NCBI GenBank assembly: GCA_036380925.1
Contig: DASVDW010000175.1
Span: forward strand, 55-64,054
From: Acidothermaceae bacterium
Lineage (GTDB): Bacteria; Actinomycetota; Actinomycetes; Acidothermales; Acidothermaceae
Reading direction: 5' to 3'
Length of the DNA: 64,000 nucleotides
Positions 60,940 through 64,000 of this stretch are shown here, piece after piece (the stretch's first letter is position 1; the number at the start of each line of letters is the position of its first letter). Below the pieces are notes generated by a model. The model was not told where the DNA came from, did no database searches, and saw only the letters and a program-made list of their open reading frames with translations. The translations under genes and the position numbers were made by a program.

Positions 60940-61784
60940 TGCCGACTGCCATCCTCGCGTCCGGCCTCAACGCCAGCGGCCCGGAGACCGCGGTGTTTTG
61001 GATCCTCGCGCCGATCGCGGTCATCTTCGCCCTGGGAATGGTCTTTTCCCGGCACACCGTGCACGCCGCGTTGATGCTCGGCGGCGTGATGCTCATTCTC
61101 GCCGTCTTCTATGCGGCGCAGGACGCGCCATTCCTCGCGTTCGTGCAGGTGATCGTCTACACCGGCGCCGTCATGATGCTGTTCTTGTTCGTGCTGATGC
61201 TGGTCGGCGTCGACACCAAGGACAGCCTCGTCGAGACGTTGCGCGGCCAGCGGTTCGCCGGAATTGTCGCCGCTATCGGCTTCTTGCTGCTGTTGTTCAC
61301 CGGCATCGCGAACGCCGGCATCAAGGTCAGCAAGGGCCTGCACTCGGTCAACTTCGCCGACGGCCAGCCGACGCGGGGCGTGCAAAACGCCGGTGGCAAC
61401 GTGTACCAGATCGCGAAACTGCTGTTCGACCGCTACGTGTTCGCGTTCGAGGCGACGTCCGCGTTGCTCATCACCGCCGCGCTCGGTGCGATGGTGCTGG
61501 CGCATCGGCAGCGGCATGCTCCGCGGCCGACGCAGCGCGAGCTCATGCAGCAGCGTTTCAAGTTCGGCACCCACCCGACGCCGCTGCCGGGCCCTGGTGT
61601 GTACGCGCGGCACAACGCCGTCGACACGCCTGCCCTCCTGCCCGACGGCTCGCCGTCCCCGCTCAGCGTCCCGACATCGGTTGAGTTGGTCAGCCAAAAG
61701 CACGGCCGCGAACCACGGCCAGCCGAGCTCGGCTCGTCCGCGGCCGCGCATCACCCCAGCTCAGGGAAGGGTCAGACCGAATGA
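60939..61784 (+). CDS. nuoJ: NADH-quinone oxidoreductase subunit J
   Basis: ATG 60939 overlaps the nuoI stop. It has a hydrophobic N-terminal half ([24 protein letters not shown]) and a long hydrophilic tail. Confidence 0.9.
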   Translation: MPTAILASGLNASGPETAVFWILAPIAVIFALGMVFSRHTVHAALMLGGVMLILAVFYAAQDAPFLAFVQVIVYTGAVMMLFLFVLMLVGVDTKDSLVETLRGQRFAGIVAAIGFLLLLFTGIANAGIKVSKGLHSVNFADGQPTRGVQNAGGNVYQIAKLLFDRYVFAFEATSALLITAALGAMVLAHRQRHAPRPTQRELMQQRFKFGTHPTPLPGPGVYARHNAVDTPALLPDGSPSPLSVPTSVELVSQKHGREPRPAELGSSAAAHHPSSGKGQTE

Positions 61785-62080
61785 GCCCTACCTTTTACCT
61801 GTACCTGTCGGCGATTCTCTTCACGATCGGCACCCTCGGCGTGCTGTTGCGCCGCAACGCGATCGTGGTCTTCATGTGCATCGAGTTGATGCTCAACGCC
61901 ACGAACTTGGCGCTGGTCACCTTCTCACGCGTGAACGGCACGCTCGACGGCCAGGTGATGGCCTTCTTCGTGATGGTGGTGGCGGCGGCTGAGGTCGTCG
62001 TGGGGCTTGCCATCATCGTGTCCGTGTTCCGCACCCGCCGCTCGGCCTCGGTCGACGACGCGAACCTGCTGAAGTACTGA
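61781..62080 (+). CDS. nuoK: NADH-quinone oxidoreductase subunit K
   Basis: 99 aa with three TM helices and the [22 protein letters not shown] motifs. Confidence 0.94.
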   Translation: MSPTFYLYLSAILFTIGTLGVLLRRNAIVVFMCIELMLNATNLALVTFSRVNGTLDGQVMAFFVMVVAAAEVVVGLAIIVSVFRTRRSASVDDANLLKY

Positions 62081-62150
62081 TGATTCCGGAGAGGCAGCAC
62101 GTGACTTCACCCGAGAGCACGCGCACCCGCACCGTCGGCGGTGGCCGGTC

Positions 62151-63851
62151 GTGAACCTTGCAGCGCTTCACACCGCCGCGACGTTGAGCCCGACCGCACA
62201 CACCACCGGGGCCTTCTCCTTCACCTGGTTGCTCGTGGCAATCCCGCTTGCCAGCGCGGCGGTGCTCCTGCTTGGCGGACGTCGCACCAACCGTTGGGGC
62301 CACCTCCTTGGCGTCGCCGCGCCGCTGGCGTCGTTCGTGCTCGGCGTCGTGTTGTTCGCACAGCTGCTTGGAAAGCCGGCGTCCGAGCGCAGTTTCGACA
62401 ACCACCTGTTCAGCTGGACGTTTGTGGGGAACTTCAAGGCGCCCGCCAACTTCCAGATCGACCCGCTGTCGATCTCCTTTGTGCTGCTGATCACCGGCGT
62501 CGGCTCGCTGATCCACATCTACTCGGTCGGCTACATGGCGCACGACGCCGGTCGGCGGCGGTTCTTCGCGTACATGAATCTGTTCGTGTCCGCGATGCTC
62601 CTGCTCGTTCTCGCCGACAACTACCTCGCGCTATACGTCGGCTGGGAAGGCGTCGGCTTGGCGTCGTACCTGCTGATCGGGTTTTGGTACCACAAGCCGT
62701 CGGCCCGAACCGCCGCCACAAAGGCGTTCGTGGTCAACCGGGTTGGCGACTTCGGCCTGTCGCTGGCAATCATGTTGATGTTCGCGACGTTCGGCACGTT
62801 CAGTTTCGCCGGCGTGTTCCCGTCCGCAAGCGACGCTGACCACGCTGCGATGACGGCGATCGGCTTGCTGCTGCTGCTCGGCGCATGCGCGAAGTCCGCG
62901 CAGGTGCCACTGCAATCCTGGCTCGGCGACGCGATGGAAGGCCCGACGCCGGTCTCCGCGCTCATCCACGCCGCGACCATGGTGACCGCCGGCGTTTATC
63001 TGGTGGCCCGATCAGCGCCCATCTTCAACGTGACGCCGACCGCCCGACTCGCGGTCACCGTCGTCGGCGCCGTCACGCTGCTGTTCGGCGCGATCATCGG
63101 CTGCGCGAAGGACGACATCAAGAAGGCCCTGGCTGCCTCGACGATGAGCCAGATCGGTTACATGATGCTCGCGGTCGGGCTCGGCCCGGCCGGTTATGCG
63201 TTCGGCATCGCGCACCTGCTCACCCACGGTTTCTTCAAGGCCGGGCTGTTCCTCGGCGCCGGCTCGGTGATGCACGGCATGAACGACGAGGTCGACATGC
63301 GCCGGTACGGTGGGTTGGCCAAGTACATGCCGTGGACGTTCGCGACCTTCGGCCTTGGCTACCTCGCCATCATCGGCTTCCCCGGGCTTTCCGGATGGTT
63401 CACCAAGGACGCCATCATCGAGGCGGCCTTCCACAAGGGCGGCACCTCGGGTTACCTCCTCGGTTCGGCGGCGCTGCTCGGCGCCGCGATCACCGCGTAC
63501 TACATGACGCGCGTGATGCTCATGACGTTCTTCGGCGAAAAGCGCTGGGCGGACGACGCGCACCCGCACGAGTCGCCCGAGGTCATGAAATGGCCGATGG
63601 TGATCCTCGCGATCGGTTCGGTCGGTCTTGGCTACCTGCTCGTGCTCGGCAGTCGGTTCGCGGACTTCCTCGCGCCGGTCGTCGGCGAGGCGGAAGACAC
63701 CGCCTTCAAACCGATCGGCCTGGTCGGCGTGTTGACCTTCATCGTGATGCTGGCCGGCATCGGCGTCGCGTATCTGCAATACGGACGACGCCGCGTGCCA
63801 GCGGTCGCTCCCGCCGCCGGCCCGCTTGTGGTGGCCGCGCGGCGCGACCTG
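62151..63851 (+). CDS. nuoL: NADH-quinone oxidoreductase subunit L, first ~567 codons only (no stop; frame continues into unrelated sequence)
   Basis: Absent from the ORF track because no stop occurs before the window end. GTG 62151. My translation gives [74 protein letters not shown] and ...[10 protein letters not shown], where NuoL proteins normally continue with Y-G-D-A-F-N (start of the lateral helix). Confidence 0.88.
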
Positions 63852-64000
63852 CTCGGCCTCGCCTCCGAGCAGAGCCTGTACAACCTGGCCGCCCGCACCA
63901 TCGAGCTGGAGGTGGTCCCCGCCTGCCGCGCGTACGGCGTGGGGATCCTGCCCTGGAGCCCGCTCGCGGGCGGGCTGCTGGGCGGGGCGCTCGCGAAGGC
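63852..64000 (+). CDS. internal fragment of an aldo/keto reductase, fused in frame to nuoL; runs off the window
   Basis: The translation [49 protein letters not shown] matches the conserved AKR core (Q-x-x-YNL, E-x-E-[VI]-[LIV]-P, G[IV]G[VIL]-x-[PA]-[WY]-SPL-x-GG-x-L-x-G). Confidence 0.7.

Noticed and set aside
62141-62839. 232-aa ORF listed where nuoL should be.
   Set aside because: It is out of frame with the real nuoL. The frame starting at GTG 62151 gives canonical NuoL motifs but is missing from the track because it has no stop inside the window.

Overview
High-GC (about 70%) actinobacterial chromosomal segment. It is densely coding, with many 1-4 nt start/stop overlaps, and I recognised no rRNA, tRNA, CRISPR array, transposase or integrase. 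Gene order matches the conserved Mycobacterium/Streptomyces core. It runs disA-radA, then proC, an excisionase-like HTH gene and the 32-codon bS22 gene. Next come rex-hemA-hemC-cobA/hemD-hemB, then hemL, a thioredoxin-like gene, ccdA, resB and ccsB, then amt-glnB. A futalosine-pathway menaquinone supercluster follows: a UbiD-like decarboxylase, mqnP, ubiX, mqnE, mqnA, mqnC, an add-like deaminase, menG and a geranylgeranyl reductase, interleaved with bldC, a lone receiver domain and a DUF559 insertion. The window ends with nuoA to nuoL. Main observations: (1) Between hemB and hemL sits an uncharacterised, tightly coupled operon: a small twin-arginine Ser/Gly/Asp-rich protein, a signal-less ApbE flavin transferase, a 4-His ferric-reductase-like membrane protein, a NuoF-like NAD(P)H/FMN/Fe-S protein, a ferredoxin and a phosphoesterase lipoprotein. 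I read this as a candidate trans-membrane electron conduit. (2) nuoF is intact except for one in-frame TGA exactly at the invariant Cys codon of the GAGAYICGEETAL motif. (3) The nuoL frame changes identity, in frame, into an aldo/keto reductase about 150 nt before the window end. (4) The DUF559 gene is flanked by roughly 50-nt direct repeats. (5) Perfect 18-bp tandem repeats lie just upstream of bldC. All calls come from reading the translations and the DNA by eye; no database search was run.
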